DNA of 64,000 bases. It comes from an uncultured virus (IMG/VR IMGVR_UViG_3300017991_000058). Taxonomy: Duplodnaviria > Heunggongvirae > Uroviricota > Caudoviricetes. Below, in pieces: positions 1-9,519 of the stretch. The first letter of the stretch is position 1. Every line of letters begins with the position of its first letter. The translations under genes and the position numbers were made by a program. The stretch lies in the IMG/VR virus record IMGVR_UViG_3300017991_000058; one strand, written 5' to 3'. Below the pieces are notes generated by a model. That model ran no database searches and was not told the origin of the DNA. It saw nothing but the letters and a program-made list of their open reading frames with translations.

Positions 1-232
1 AGAAGCACCCCTCGTGGCCCTGGACGTCGATGTTCGCCACTCCGCGCAGGACGCCGCGGACCGTCTGGCATCCAGACTTCCCGAGGTCGACCCTGTACTC
101 GTAGTCGCCCGGCGAGATCGATAGGGCGTTCACGGCGAACCTCTCCAGGACCGCCGACGGATGGTGGTCGTCCTCCCCAACGTCCGTCAGCAGGTCGTGG
201 TCGAGGACGACGTCGTCTCCTGAGGGTCGCAT
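1..232 (-). CDS. Partial virion-associated (fibre-like?) protein, runs off the left edge; paralog of 232-732
   Basis: Hand translation from ATG 232: MRPSGDDVVLDHDLLTDVGEDDHHPSAVLERF...; shares MRPS...HDxL...DDHHP with the neighbouring gene and overlaps its stop codon. Confidence 0.55.
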   Translation of the reverse strand, partial: MRPSGDDVVLDHDLLTDVGEDDHHPSAVLERFAVNALSISPGDYEYRVDLGKSGCQTVRGVLRGVANIDVQGHEGCF

Positions 233-732
233 CAGGCCACCACCATCGAGCCCTTGACCCACAGGGTCTGCGAGCTCCCAGCATAGTTGTGAAACGTCAG
301 CCGAAGGACGCTCCCCGTCAGGACGGCGTCCTTGAGCGCAATGTAGTCCTGCGTCGGGCTGTTGTTGAAGACCTTGTGCGAGAGGTAGGAGTCGCCGGCC
401 CCCTTCGAGTAGGTCGCCGAGTAGCTCTTGTATGCGCTCCCGGAGTCGCGCTGCGAGTGGGCCATGGCCTCGGAGGAGTCGCGCGACGCGTGGACAGAGC
501 ACCCCTCCCTCCAGAGCGTCGCCCCGCCCGTGTTGTTCGGGCCCATGAGCTGACCCCAGGCGACCTGGAAGGCGGACGAGCCGAGCGAGACGTCGAGGTC
601 GAAGTCCGCCCCGGCGCCTATCGACGTGGTCGTGTCGGCCACCTGGACGAGCTTCGGCCTCGGGTGGTGGTCGTCGACGGTGACGGTCAGGGCGTCGTGG
701 GACCGCCCGTCGTCCTCCTCTGATGGTCTCAT
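232..732 (-). CDS. Putative virion protein (fibre/spike-like, beta-rich)
   Basis: Start re-picked at ATG 732 (MRPSEEDDGRSHDALTVTVDDHHP); S/G/T-rich C-terminal domain; downstream of the head genes. Confidence 0.55.
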   Translation of the reverse strand: MRPSEEDDGRSHDALTVTVDDHHPRPKLVQVADTTTSIGAGADFDLDVSLGSSAFQVAWGQLMGPNNTGGATLWREGCSVHASRDSSEAMAHSQRDSGSAYKSYSATYSKGAGDSYLSHKVFNNSPTQDYIALKDAVLTGSVLRLTFHNYAGSSQTLWVKGSMVVA

Positions 733-1415
733 CGGCTCCCGCCTCCGTTGCCGCTGCGCCGTTTCTCTCTGCGACGGAGGATGGTCAGCAGCTGGCGGCG
801 CTCCCAGTCGGTGAAATCGTCCGCGTCCTCGACGACGGCGTCGAGATCTGTCTTCGCCGGCCCGGCAGGGAGTATCTTTTTGACGCGCCGCGGGACCTGC
901 CCGACGGCATCGAGCAGCTCGACCCGGTCCGCCTTGTAGGCCCTCTCGATCGCCTCGATGTGCTCCTCGTGACGGTCGACGTCCCGCCGGACCTCCGTGC
1001 GCTCCGTCTCGGCCTGGGCCGTCGTCCACAGCGCGCTCCCGGCCGCGGACGCCGCGGCCAGCCCCAGCGTCACGGACGCGACGGCGATCCACCAGCGCCA
1101 GCGGGACAGCCCGCTGAGGCGCTCTCCGTGGCCCGAGAGCACCTTCGAGTGCTCCCGAATGGTCGACTCCTGGGCGCAGGCATGGGGAGGAGCCGGAGCG
1201 CTCTCGAGGCCCTCCACGCGGCGTACGATGTCGCGGTTCCACCCCTTCAGCTCGATGACCCCGTCGCGCGCAGCCTGGGCCGCTGCAGCGACGGGGGGAA
1301 GCTGCTCGTCTTTTATCGTGTCGACCTTGGTCTCGATGCTCGCGACGGCCTTGGTGAGCGCGACGAGCTCATTCGTTGGAACTGGAGTGCGACGCCGCCC
1401 GTCTGTCACGTTCAA
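729..1415 (-). CDS. Coiled-coil membrane protein (lysis-associated?)
   Basis: One hydrophobic segment (WWIAVASVTLGLAAASAAGSALW) between coiled-coil-like regions; GGAGG and TAGACT upstream; exact start uncertain. Confidence 0.5.
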   Translation of the reverse strand: MNVTDGRRRTPVPTNELVALTKAVASIETKVDTIKDEQLPPVAAAAQAARDGVIELKGWNRDIVRRVEGLESAPAPPHACAQESTIREHSKVLSGHGERLSGLSRWRWWIAVASVTLGLAAASAAGSALWTTAQAETERTEVRRDVDRHEEHIEAIERAYKADRVELLDAVGQVPRRVKKILPAGPAKTDLDAVVEDADDFTDWERRQLLTILRRREKRRSGNGGGSR

Positions 1416-1486
1416 CCTCCCAGCTTGGCGTAAGTCTACACCAATATGGATTACGTAGCGATGGCAGGTAGGGGTAGGAAACGGCG

Positions 1487-2134
1487 TCAGCCGTCGAGGA
1501 TCGCCGCGATGATCTCAGACCGCTTGGCCTTCTTCGGAACGCCGTCTCCGGCGATCTTGAGCAGCTCAGCCTTCGTCATGGAGGAGAGCATCTCCTTCGT
1601 CGGCTTGGCGTCCGGCGGACGCGATCCCATGACGGCGACCCCATCGTCGGGCACCGGCGCTGGGTCGGGCTCGGGGTCGGGCTCGGGGTCGGGCTCGCGA
1701 TCGGGCTCGCGATCGGGCTCGGCGCCCGCGCCGATGAGATCCGCGGCCGCCGCCCGGGCCGCCGCGCCGCGCGACACCTCCCTGGCAGAGAGCCCGGCGA
1801 ATCTCGACTCGCGGACCTCCCCGTCGCGCTTCGGCGGGGTCGTCTTCTCGGGCGCCGGGTTCGCGAACATCTGGGCCAGCGCGGCGGCCTCGGGCCCGCC
1901 CATGGCGGCCGCGAGCTCGCGCTTGGTGATGTCCCTGAACTCGGCCTCCGTCCTGACGATCTGGAAGAACGGGCAGCCCGTGGCCTGCCTGAGCCCCTCG
2001 AGAGCGGGGGTCACCGACGGGTCGAGCTCGTACCAGGTCCCCTGCGTGAACAGCTGACCGCCGACGCAGAACCGCTCGCAGAGAGCGCCTCGCGACTCGT
2101 CGTACGGCTCGAGTCGGACGTAGTGGGTCGTCAT
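1487..2134 (-). CDS. Head-associated accessory protein with EPD repeats and a short C-terminal helical (Rho-N/HeH-like) motif
   Basis: Follows the capsid and decoration genes; GGAGG RBS; C-terminal MTKAELLKIA...KRSEIIAAIL. Confidence 0.5.
   Translation of the reverse strand: MTTHYVRLEPYDESRGALCERFCVGGQLFTQGTWYELDPSVTPALEGLRQATGCPFFQIVRTEAEFRDITKRELAAAMGGPEAAALAQMFANPAPEKTTPPKRDGEVRESRFAGLSAREVSRGAAARAAAADLIGAGAEPDREPDREPDPEPDPEPDPAPVPDDGVAVMGSRPPDAKPTKEMLSSMTKAELLKIAGDGVPKKAKRSEIIAAILDG
1661..1720 (-). repeat. 12-bp tandem repeat x5 encoding EPD(R/P)
   Basis: EPDREPDREPDPEPDPEPDP in ORF 1487-2134. Confidence 0.9.
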
Positions 2135-2197
2135 CTGAGATCCTCCGTCTCCTCCGAGGCCGAGCCTCGGTCCTTCCCCTGAGACTGGCCGTAGGGA

Positions 2198-2590
2198 CTA
2201 GCCCTTCAGCGTGCGCAGCGCCGCCGCCGGCTGGGGCGCCATCAGCACCCTGGCCCCCGTGACGGCGTCCGTCGCGTTGAACGTCAGCGTCGCCACCCCC
2301 GCCGTGAACGCCACCTGGACGTATCCGGCACCCGGCGAACCGCTGTGCTGCATCTGCTTGACGCCGGCCGACGTCGCCGTGGTCGCCTCGACCGCGACGG
2401 GAACGCCGCGCTTCGACAGGGTGACCGCGTGCGCCGTCACGGTCAGCTCCGCGGACCAGTCCGCGGCAGCTCCGTCGAAGTCGGCGAGGTCGTCGGCGAC
2501 GTCTCTGAGCGCCGTCGCCAGGTCGGGACTCCCGTGACCGGGCTGAATCCCGGCGCCGCCCGCGCCGAACTTGGTCGTGATGGTCGCCAT
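2198..2590 (-). CDS. Putative virion structural/decoration protein
   Basis: 130 aa, A/T/G-rich, GAGG RBS, second gene after the major capsid. Confidence 0.55.
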   Translation of the reverse strand: MATITTKFGAGGAGIQPGHGSPDLATALRDVADDLADFDGAAADWSAELTVTAHAVTLSKRGVPVAVEATTATSAGVKQMQHSGSPGAGYVQVAFTAGVATLTFNATDAVTGARVLMAPQPAAALRTLKG

Positions 2591-2613
2591 TGAGACCTCC
2601 TCTCAGTCGGCGA

Positions 2614-2943
2614 TCAGTAGCCGATCCAGTCGATGGTCACGCCGGTGTGGCCCGACTGGTCGGCGGTCGACGTCTCGGTGCCCGGCGCCCCGCTGCCGTT
2701 GTCGTAGATCTTCAGCCTGGGGACTCCGGAGACCATCTCGATCCGCATCCAGTAGAGCGCCGAGCCGTCGTAGCTCGGGACCCACGGGCTGCAGAAGACG
2801 GTGACGCCGTCCGGCAGGCTCGCCGAGACGTCGTAGCCGCCGGCCGCGTAGGTGGCGTCGGCGTCGACGTTCAGGGTGCCGGCCATCATCGGCTGCTTCG
2901 GGACGCGCCCGGAGTCGGACGCGCTGTTGACGGTCAGTGCCAT
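2614..2943 (-). CDS. Putative capsid decoration protein
   Basis: 109 aa, beta-rich, immediately downstream of the major capsid gene; GGAGGAG RBS. Confidence 0.55.
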   Translation of the reverse strand: MALTVNSASDSGRVPKQPMMAGTLNVDADATYAAGGYDVSASLPDGVTVFCSPWVPSYDGSALYWMRIEMVSGVPRLKIYDNGSGAPGTETSTADQSGHTGVTIDWIGY

Positions 2944-3006
2944 TTCTCTCCTCCGTCTCGGCGAACCCGCGCGAGCCCGCCGTCACAATGGTCGCGCGCC
3001 GGAGCG

Positions 3007-3939
3007 CTAGACCGCCACGACCCCCGTGGTCTTGACCACCGCCGGCTCGTGGGCGAACTTGAAGTCCACCCTGGCCGTCACGACGATGATGTACACGCCG
3101 GCCGAGACGTCCCTGTCGGTGTCGAACCGGATCTGCCGCCAGACGCCGAAGAGCATGTTCCCGGGGTCGGTCATCAGGACCACGGTCTCGTTGGTCCCGG
3201 CGCCGAGGTTGGTCGGGAAGACCGGCACGCCGACGACCTGGATGCTGTGGTACGGCCTCGACTCCATCGCGCCGACCTGGTCGTCGCCGAGCGGGGTCGC
3301 CCGGTCGCCGAGGTGGTCCTGGTAGTCGATGTTGGCCTCGTCCGCGGTGAGATAGCGCAGGCTGCGCTTGTCCCGCCTGAACTCGGACGGCATGGTCTTC
3401 AGCGTGTCCTTGAGGACGCTCCGCTGGAGGGTCGCCCCGCCGCCGGCGACGATGTTCGTCGTCGCGGAGACGATGAACCCGTTGAGGGTCTTGAGCAGAC
3501 TGTCCGCCGAGGTGGTGTCGCCGTTGAAGGCGAGGTCCTCCAGGTCCAGCCCGATGCGCTCGGCGAGCGTCGCCCGGATCGTGGACTCGAACGTCCCGCG
3601 CTCGATGGAGTCCTCCAGCGCCTCGAACGAGACGTGCGTCTCCGCCTTCACGAGCTGGGCGTCCAGCTCGATCTTCGACGTCGAGGGCTTGCTCCGGAGA
3701 GCGTCGGGCAGCGCCGTCGCCTCGGTCCCCTTGCGCAGCGCGCGGCTCCCGTAGCGGATCTTCTCGCGAAGCTCCTTGGGCGCGTTCATGTCGACACGCG
3801 TCATCATGGGCATGACGACGCTCTGGTCGATCGCCAACTGGATGAACCGGTTCGCCTGGGCGGATTCGAGGATGCCGCCAGGCGCCAGGTCGGCCAGCAG
3901 GAAGTCCGCCTTCTGGACGATGTCTCGATTCTCCTTCAT
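3007..3939 (-). CDS. Major capsid protein (HK97 fold)
   Basis: Start ATG 3939 (MKENRDIVQKADF); motifs GG.L...QA..FI, S.EALED.IE, E....DLE.L...GD, RVDF; follows the protease/scaffold genes. Confidence 0.88.
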   Translation of the reverse strand: MKENRDIVQKADFLLADLAPGGILESAQANRFIQLAIDQSVVMPMMTRVDMNAPKELREKIRYGSRALRKGTEATALPDALRSKPSTSKIELDAQLVKAETHVSFEALEDSIERGTFESTIRATLAERIGLDLEDLAFNGDTTSADSLLKTLNGFIVSATTNIVAGGGATLQRSVLKDTLKTMPSEFRRDKRSLRYLTADEANIDYQDHLGDRATPLGDDQVGAMESRPYHSIQVVGVPVFPTNLGAGTNETVVLMTDPGNMLFGVWRQIRFDTDRDVSAGVYIIVVTARVDFKFAHEPAVVKTTGVVAV

Positions 3940-3961
3940 GGTCCCCTTCTCCTCCCGGCTT

Positions 3962-5599
3962 CTAGAGTACCCACGGACCGCCGCGACCCTCGCGGCGGGG
4001 TTCCTGACCCGACGAAGACTCCGCCGTCGTCGGGTCCGTCCTGCTCGCGGGTGCCTCTGGCGTCCCGGCGAGTTCATTCATGCGCTTCGTCACGACCGCG
4101 AGCTGCTTCAGGACGTCTGCGATCCCGTCCTGAGACGTGTCCATCGCCCGTCCGTCCGTCTCCGGGCCGCGGCCGACGCCGATGGACTCCCCGGCGTCCT
4201 TGTCGGGGGTCAGCACCTCGGTCTCCGCCGCGCGCTTCTCCGCGTCGCTCTCGACGGCGGCCGGCGGTGCAGCCGCGGTCTCTCCTCCGGTCGACTTCCC
4301 GTCGATGACGGCGGTCGCCTGGCGGAGGAGCTCGGCGACCTCGGCGAGCTTCCCTCCGCCGTCGTCCTTCTCGACCTGGGCCGAGACGGACTTCGAGAGA
4401 GCGGTGAGCTCGCGACGGAGCTTCACGAGGTCACCCGGGTTGTCGACGAAGGCGATCTGAATCATCGCCTCGCCGAGCACCTTCAGCTTGTCGGCGACCT
4501 CAGACCCCATCGGGACGAGCTCGTTGTCCATCTCCTCGAGAGTGATCTCGGTCTCCTCGACGTCGTCGGCCTTGGTCTCTTCGACGACCTCGGTCTCCTC
4601 GACGTCGTCGGCCTTGGTCTCCTCGACGACCTCGGTCTCAGAGGTCTCGGGTTCGGCTCCCGTCTCGACGGCGGCCTCGGTCTCCTCGGTCTCGGTCTGG
4701 GCGCTCTCGCCCGTCTCATTCGACATCGTCTCCTCCTCGGCAGACTTCTGAGCGTCGCCGCCTTCGGGTTGGGGGTGCTGGCCGGCGAGAGCGTTCAGCT
4801 TCGCCGCGAGCTGCCTCAGCTGCGTGATGAACGCGGCGCCGAGGTCGCCACCTCTCGCCGTGTCGGCGAGCGCAGAGGCGCCGACGCCCACTTCGATGAG
4901 GACGTCCGCCGCGTCTCCGTCGACCTTCGCCACGTCGGTTTGACCCCCGCTCACAGGCTGATGATACCTAGATACGGCGTCGTGCAATAGTGCGGAGATC
5001 GACTCGACCCTCTGAACGACGTCTGGGGGAGGGGACTCCTTGGCCGCCACGGCGGCGCCTGAGACGTCGACGAGCTCCTCGAGAGCCGCGGTGACGGCAC
5101 CGATCAGACCGGGCCCGGAGGACTTCTCGGCCTCGGCGAGAAGACTGCGCGCCCGCTCCTGGAGCTGGTCCATCTTCTCAGGAGTCAGGCCCCCGGCGGT
5201 CGACTGGGGGATACGCGAGATCGCGTTGCGCAGGTGGTCGGCGTCCAGCTTCCCGTCGGCGTCGCGGACCGGGAAGTGGCGAAGAGATCTCGGGGTGGTT
5301 TTCCCCTCGTCGTCCTTCTCCCCGCCCGACTCGATGTACAGGAACGCCGAGTCTGGAAGGTCGTTGACGTACGCAGTCGACCACTCGGCCTTCTCCGTCT
5401 CGTTTCCGTCCAGAACGTCCGCCTTGGTCATGGCTCCCCCTCGGCGCTTCACGATCAGAAACCTGCGCCGGTTCGCCGCGCGGTCGACGAATGACACCTC
5501 CTCGACGAGGATGTCGCTCAGCCTCGCCCGCGCCTCCTCCGGAGATTTACCGAGAAACAGGAGTGCGGCCTCAAGGGCCCTGGTCGTCCGTGTGCCCAC
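3962..5599 (-). CDS. Prohead scaffold-like protein carrying an N-terminal prohead-protease fragment
   Basis: EEVSFVDRAANRRRF motif; WSTAYVNDLPDSAF...RHFP...HLRNA domain seen in phage head-maturation proteins; long acidic region; directly upstream of the capsid gene. Confidence 0.7.
   Translation of the reverse strand: MGTRTTRALEAALLFLGKSPEEARARLSDILVEEVSFVDRAANRRRFLIVKRRGGAMTKADVLDGNETEKAEWSTAYVNDLPDSAFLYIESGGEKDDEGKTTPRSLRHFPVRDADGKLDADHLRNAISRIPQSTAGGLTPEKMDQLQERARSLLAEAEKSSGPGLIGAVTAALEELVDVSGAAVAAKESPPPDVVQRVESISALLHDAVSRYHQPVSGGQTDVAKVDGDAADVLIEVGVGASALADTARGGDLGAAFITQLRQLAAKLNALAGQHPQPEGGDAQKSAEEETMSNETGESAQTETEETEAAVETGAEPETSETEVVEETKADDVEETEVVEETKADDVEETEITLEEMDNELVPMGSEVADKLKVLGEAMIQIAFVDNPGDLVKLRRELTALSKSVSAQVEKDDGGGKLAEVAELLRQATAVIDGKSTGGETAAAPPAAVESDAEKRAAETEVLTPDKDAGESIGVGRGPETDGRAMDTSQDGIADVLKQLAVVTKRMNELAGTPEAPASRTDPTTAESSSGQEPRREGRGGPWVL
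4547..4639 (-). repeat. 42-bp tandem repeat (2 copies plus a partial) encoding ETEVVEETKADDVE
   Basis: Units 4547-4588 and 4589-4630 differ at one base. Confidence 0.9.
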
Positions 5600-5624
5600 G
5601 GGCAGACTATACCTGAAACGGACG

Positions 5625-7877
5625 TCAGGAGTGAAGGGGCTCTCTCAGAGCGGTCCCGCCCATCGAGAACCCGGTGAACGCCCCGGACTGGATCGCGGCC
5701 CAGATGTCGTCGTTGGCGACGCGGACGGCTAGGAACCACGTCCCGACAGGGAACGTCTCCCCCCCGTAGGTCTCCTCGACCTTGCTGAGATAGGTCTCGA
5801 GCACGACGACTCCGTCGACCGGCTCGCCGTCGTGCATCGCCTTGAACGTGTCCCCGCCGTAGTGCTCCATGAACGAGTGGGCGGCCTTCCGGACCTCCTC
5901 GCCGCTGTAGATGTCACCCTGGGCGTCCGGCTCCTCTGGAACGAGGATCACGCCGAATACGTAGCGCTCCTCCGACGGGGCGTCGTCCGCCTTGACGATC
6001 CGGACGGACATGGACTTCTCGGCGGCGAGCCGGCCGACGACTGCCTGGACTCCGTCCGTCAGGTCGATCGTCCTGAGCGTCCCGCCCCGGAACTCGCCGG
6101 GCTCCCGCTGGCGGAGCCTGAACGACGTCTCCGTCTCGTCGACCTTGTCCGTCTTGAACCCGTGGTCCTCGGCCCAGTCTCGAGCCGCCTCGGCGTCGTC
6201 AAACGTCTCCTTCGAGAAGATCAGGGACTGCACAACCATCCCGTCGCCGTCACCGTCGGCCTTCAGCTCGCCCGTCGGCTTCCGCTCGGTTCCGGTCGTC
6301 CCGAGATCGTCCCCGCCGACGACGACCTGGTGCCTGTGTCTCGCGTTCGGGCCGGACCCCTGCCGCAGAGGCGGGCCGGTCTCGAGCCCGTCGCCGAACC
6401 CGTGGACGTGTCCGCGACCGGACGCGGACTGCGTGAGGCCCCCTCCCGGCAGCTCGTGGACGTGACCGTCTCCACGAGCCTTACCGAATGCGGTCAACTC
6501 CGACTCCGTGACGGGCCGTCCGCGGATCAGGCGCGTCGTCGCCTTCGAGAGCTCGTCGACCTCGACGGTCTGAACGTTTCGGTTCTCGAGCTCGTCGAGG
6601 ACGAGCGCGTGGGCTCTGACGACGGCGTCGTCCGTCTCGACGTCGAACAGGCCGTGGAGAGCCCGATCGATCTCGACGAGCCCGCCGTCCGTGGCGCTCT
6701 GGAGGATGACCCTCACAGGGTTCTCGACGAACGCGGCCACGTCTCCGCGGGCCGCCGCCAGCAGCGCCTGATCGATCGTGAGCTGGCGGGACTTCACGAC
6801 GTCCGCCGAGAAGTCGATCGTCCCCGCGAACTGACGCCCTACCGGGGGGGCGCGGAGCTCCAGCGGAGGGTCGAACATGATCCCGAGCTCGAGAGGCACG
6901 TACCAGAGATCGTCGGACGCCTCGAACTCCTTGCTGATCTCCGTCCCCACGCTCTCGCGCTGCCAGTCCTCGATCCCCTTGGCGACAGGGGACGGCTCTC
7001 CCTGCGCGACGATCCCCCACACGAACGACCGTCCGCCGGGCTGGATCTCGTTCACCAGCGCCTGGGCCTTGCCGACCCTGGCGACTCGACGGAGTCGCGA
7101 CAGCAGCCCGGCCGTCTTCCCGTCCCTGAGCCGCCCGACGATGGTCATGGGGTCGGCCACCTTCAGCACGGGAAGGGCTCCGGCCGGGACGTCCGCCTGC
7201 CACACGACGACCGGAACGCGCCCCCCGGCCCGTGCCTTCAGCACCCCGTCGGAGATGTCGTCGATCGTCGCGCTGTCGGCGAGCGCCCGGAGAGCAGGAT
7301 CTAGCTTCGACAGGCGCCTGACGTCGTCGATCGGGTCCACGACGAGGGTGGTCCGCCCGACGGCCACGTTGGCGATCCGAACGTCCTCCTCGGCCTGAGC
7401 GGAGACCTTGGACGCCTCCTCGCTCGTGAGGGACCTGAGAGCCAGGTCGGCAATGACGAGGACGTGGTCGTGGACTCCGTCGAGAGACGAGTCGTCGTCC
7501 CGACCGAGTGCGTGACCGTGCTCGCCCCCCTTCTCCGTGATCAGCTCGACCTCGTCGTCGGCTATGACGATCACGTGGCGGTGCGCGCTCCCGTCGACCT
7601 GGGCCGTACCGTCGGCTATCGCGTGGACGTGGGGGCCGTCCTCCTGGGTGACGAGGATCGCCCCGGCGTCGACGTCGTACTCCTCTCCGTCCTCGGTCTG
7701 GAACGTCATCGCCGTGGGGACCCTGAACAGGTGCGCGTGCCCGCCGTCGAGGTGGGTCTGATCGCCGCCGTCTGAGACCTCGTGGACGTGGACGCCGCCG
7801 GACTCCGCGTCGGTTCCCTTCAGGGCCCCGACGGCCGCGGCGACAGCTCGACTAAGCCGATCCAGGGGAGAAGTCAT
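5625..7877 (-). CDS. Large head-maturation protein: HxH repeats plus C-terminal XkdF-like putative serine protease domain
   Basis: C-terminal ERYVFGVILVP..PDAQGD...EEV.KAAH.F...H...W...IW..I..G.FTGFSMGG; nine HxH motifs upstream. Confidence 0.75.
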   Translation of the reverse strand: MTSPLDRLSRAVAAAVGALKGTDAESGGVHVHEVSDGGDQTHLDGGHAHLFRVPTAMTFQTEDGEEYDVDAGAILVTQEDGPHVHAIADGTAQVDGSAHRHVIVIADDEVELITEKGGEHGHALGRDDDSSLDGVHDHVLVIADLALRSLTSEEASKVSAQAEEDVRIANVAVGRTTLVVDPIDDVRRLSKLDPALRALADSATIDDISDGVLKARAGGRVPVVVWQADVPAGALPVLKVADPMTIVGRLRDGKTAGLLSRLRRVARVGKAQALVNEIQPGGRSFVWGIVAQGEPSPVAKGIEDWQRESVGTEISKEFEASDDLWYVPLELGIMFDPPLELRAPPVGRQFAGTIDFSADVVKSRQLTIDQALLAAARGDVAAFVENPVRVILQSATDGGLVEIDRALHGLFDVETDDAVVRAHALVLDELENRNVQTVEVDELSKATTRLIRGRPVTESELTAFGKARGDGHVHELPGGGLTQSASGRGHVHGFGDGLETGPPLRQGSGPNARHRHQVVVGGDDLGTTGTERKPTGELKADGDGDGMVVQSLIFSKETFDDAEAARDWAEDHGFKTDKVDETETSFRLRQREPGEFRGGTLRTIDLTDGVQAVVGRLAAEKSMSVRIVKADDAPSEERYVFGVILVPEEPDAQGDIYSGEEVRKAAHSFMEHYGGDTFKAMHDGEPVDGVVVLETYLSKVEETYGGETFPVGTWFLAVRVANDDIWAAIQSGAFTGFSMGGTALREPLHS

Positions 7878-8215
7878 CGCGATGCCTCCGAACCTCCCCA
7901 GGACTTCGTCGCCGGCGGAGGCTCCCAGTCGACTCCGTCGAGAGCGGAGCGGACAGCCTTCGGAAGGAAGTCGAGAGCCTTGTCCGTCGAATAGTGTAGG
8001 TCCCCGCGGAGTCTGATGAACCAGTCGTACGCGATGTTGGTTCTGTGCTTGATGTCGAACGCGCTGGGGCGCTGAGCCGACAGGAGGATGATGCTAGACT
8101 CCTGCCTGTCATCGGCGAACGACTTCGCGACGATCTGCGTTATCCGCTCGAGCGTCGCCCTGGCCGTCGCCGGGTCCTTCGCGAACTCCTGAATGATCTC
8201 TGCTCTCGTTGCCAT
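7874..8215 (-). CDS. Hypothetical protein in the head module
   Basis: Start ATG 8215 (MATRAEIIQEF) with GAGGTG RBS; stop overlaps the next start. Confidence 0.6.
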   Translation of the reverse strand: MATRAEIIQEFAKDPATARATLERITQIVAKSFADDRQESSIILLSAQRPSAFDIKHRTNIAYDWFIRLRGDLHYSTDKALDFLPKAVRSALDGVDWEPPPATKSWGGSEASR

Positions 8216-8225
8216 CTGTCTCACC

Positions 8226-9518
8226 TCATCGCGTTGGGATCGTCGTGCATCGGCAGCCCCCGTGAGCCGGCGGGACGGTCGTGCCTCCCGCACGCGCTGC
8301 CCCGACGTGCGTACGGAACGCGCCCCGCTGGTCGTTCGTCCCGACCGCTGTCGCCGTGACGGTCGCAACGCGGACCGTCGGCCCCTCCCCACGGGGTGAC
8401 ACGAATATCGCACCGCCGCCGCGGAGCCCCTCGTCGATCTGCGATCCTCCGACCGTTCGATACCAGGCGAACTCGTTGACGGCGGCCTCCGGGTTAGGGT
8501 TCGACGCCGACCTGTCGAACCGCGCCAGAGCGTCGGCGACCGGGAACGTCTGCCCGTGGAGGAATCGGCAGATGTCGCACGTCCTGGCGTCGAGGACGGC
8601 CTCCCACGTGTACGTTGGAATTCCTGCGTCTCGATAGCCCGTCATCTGGCCGAAGCTCCGCGCCCTAGACACCGTCGCGCCGGCGACGACCCGGTAGTAC
8701 GCCTCGGATCTACCGACAACCTGCCGGTGGAGGGCCGAGCGGAGATCCCTGCCTATCTGGACGCGCCCCAGTCCGTCTCTCACCCCTCCTGCGATCACTC
8801 GCCTAGCGTCGCGGGAGGCCCCGACCATCCGGCGACGATACTCGTCCGTGACGAACGCGAGCCCGTCGCGCCCTATGTGGCGAGCGACGCGGTCCGCGGC
8901 GTTCGTCAAGACCGACGGGAGCCCGGACCCTCCCGCGCGCTGACAGAGCCCGGCGACGCTGGCCGCCGTGGACTCGATCACTCCGAGCCCCACGGCGAGG
9001 AACAGAGCGTCGTCTCCAATGGACTCGATCGGACGACCGGCGGCGGCGACGGCGGCCTCGACGTCGTCGAGACCCGTCTCGCCCCAGTCCTCGTCCAGGT
9101 CCGACAGCATCGCCTCGAGCGCCCTGCGCTCGGCCGGAGACGCGGCGTCCTGGAGCGCGCCTCTCAGCTCCTCTACGGTCAGGGCGTAGCCTCGCCGCGT
9201 CAGCGGGTCGGGAGGGTCCGCCTTGGCCGTCGCCACGCGATCGACGACGACGGGCCACAGCCATCGACCGGCGGCCGTCTGGATCGCTCCCTGGAGCACG
9301 TACGCCCGTCCGTCTCCTCGCTCGGCCAGGGCGCGAGCCCGCCGCTCGACGTCCGTCCTGTCGGCCCCGCGGACGAGAACGGAGAGAGACGGAGAGAACG
9401 CCGCCAGGGCCAGGTGGGACCTGCAGTTTCCGGGGGCCGGAGGGTCGGCGAACAGGACCCCCCGCGGGTCGGTCGTCACGCGCCAGGGCGGGCCGTAGAC
9501 TGCGGGAGCCGCGGGCAC
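8226..9518 (-). CDS. Phage head morphogenesis protein (SPP1 gp7 / Mu gpF-like)
   Basis: WEAVLDARTCDIC..LHG and C-terminal PPAHGGCRCT; immediately after the portal gene; start approximate. Confidence 0.85.
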   Translation of the reverse strand: MPAAPAVYGPPWRVTTDPRGVLFADPPAPGNCRSHLALAAFSPSLSVLVRGADRTDVERRARALAERGDGRAYVLQGAIQTAAGRWLWPVVVDRVATAKADPPDPLTRRGYALTVEELRGALQDAASPAERRALEAMLSDLDEDWGETGLDDVEAAVAAAGRPIESIGDDALFLAVGLGVIESTAASVAGLCQRAGGSGLPSVLTNAADRVARHIGRDGLAFVTDEYRRRMVGASRDARRVIAGGVRDGLGRVQIGRDLRSALHRQVVGRSEAYYRVVAGATVSRARSFGQMTGYRDAGIPTYTWEAVLDARTCDICRFLHGQTFPVADALARFDRSASNPNPEAAVNEFAWYRTVGGSQIDEGLRGGGAIFVSPRGEGPTVRVATVTATAVGTNDQRGAFRTHVGAARAGGTTVPPAHGGCRCTTIPTR

Positions 9519-9519
9519 A

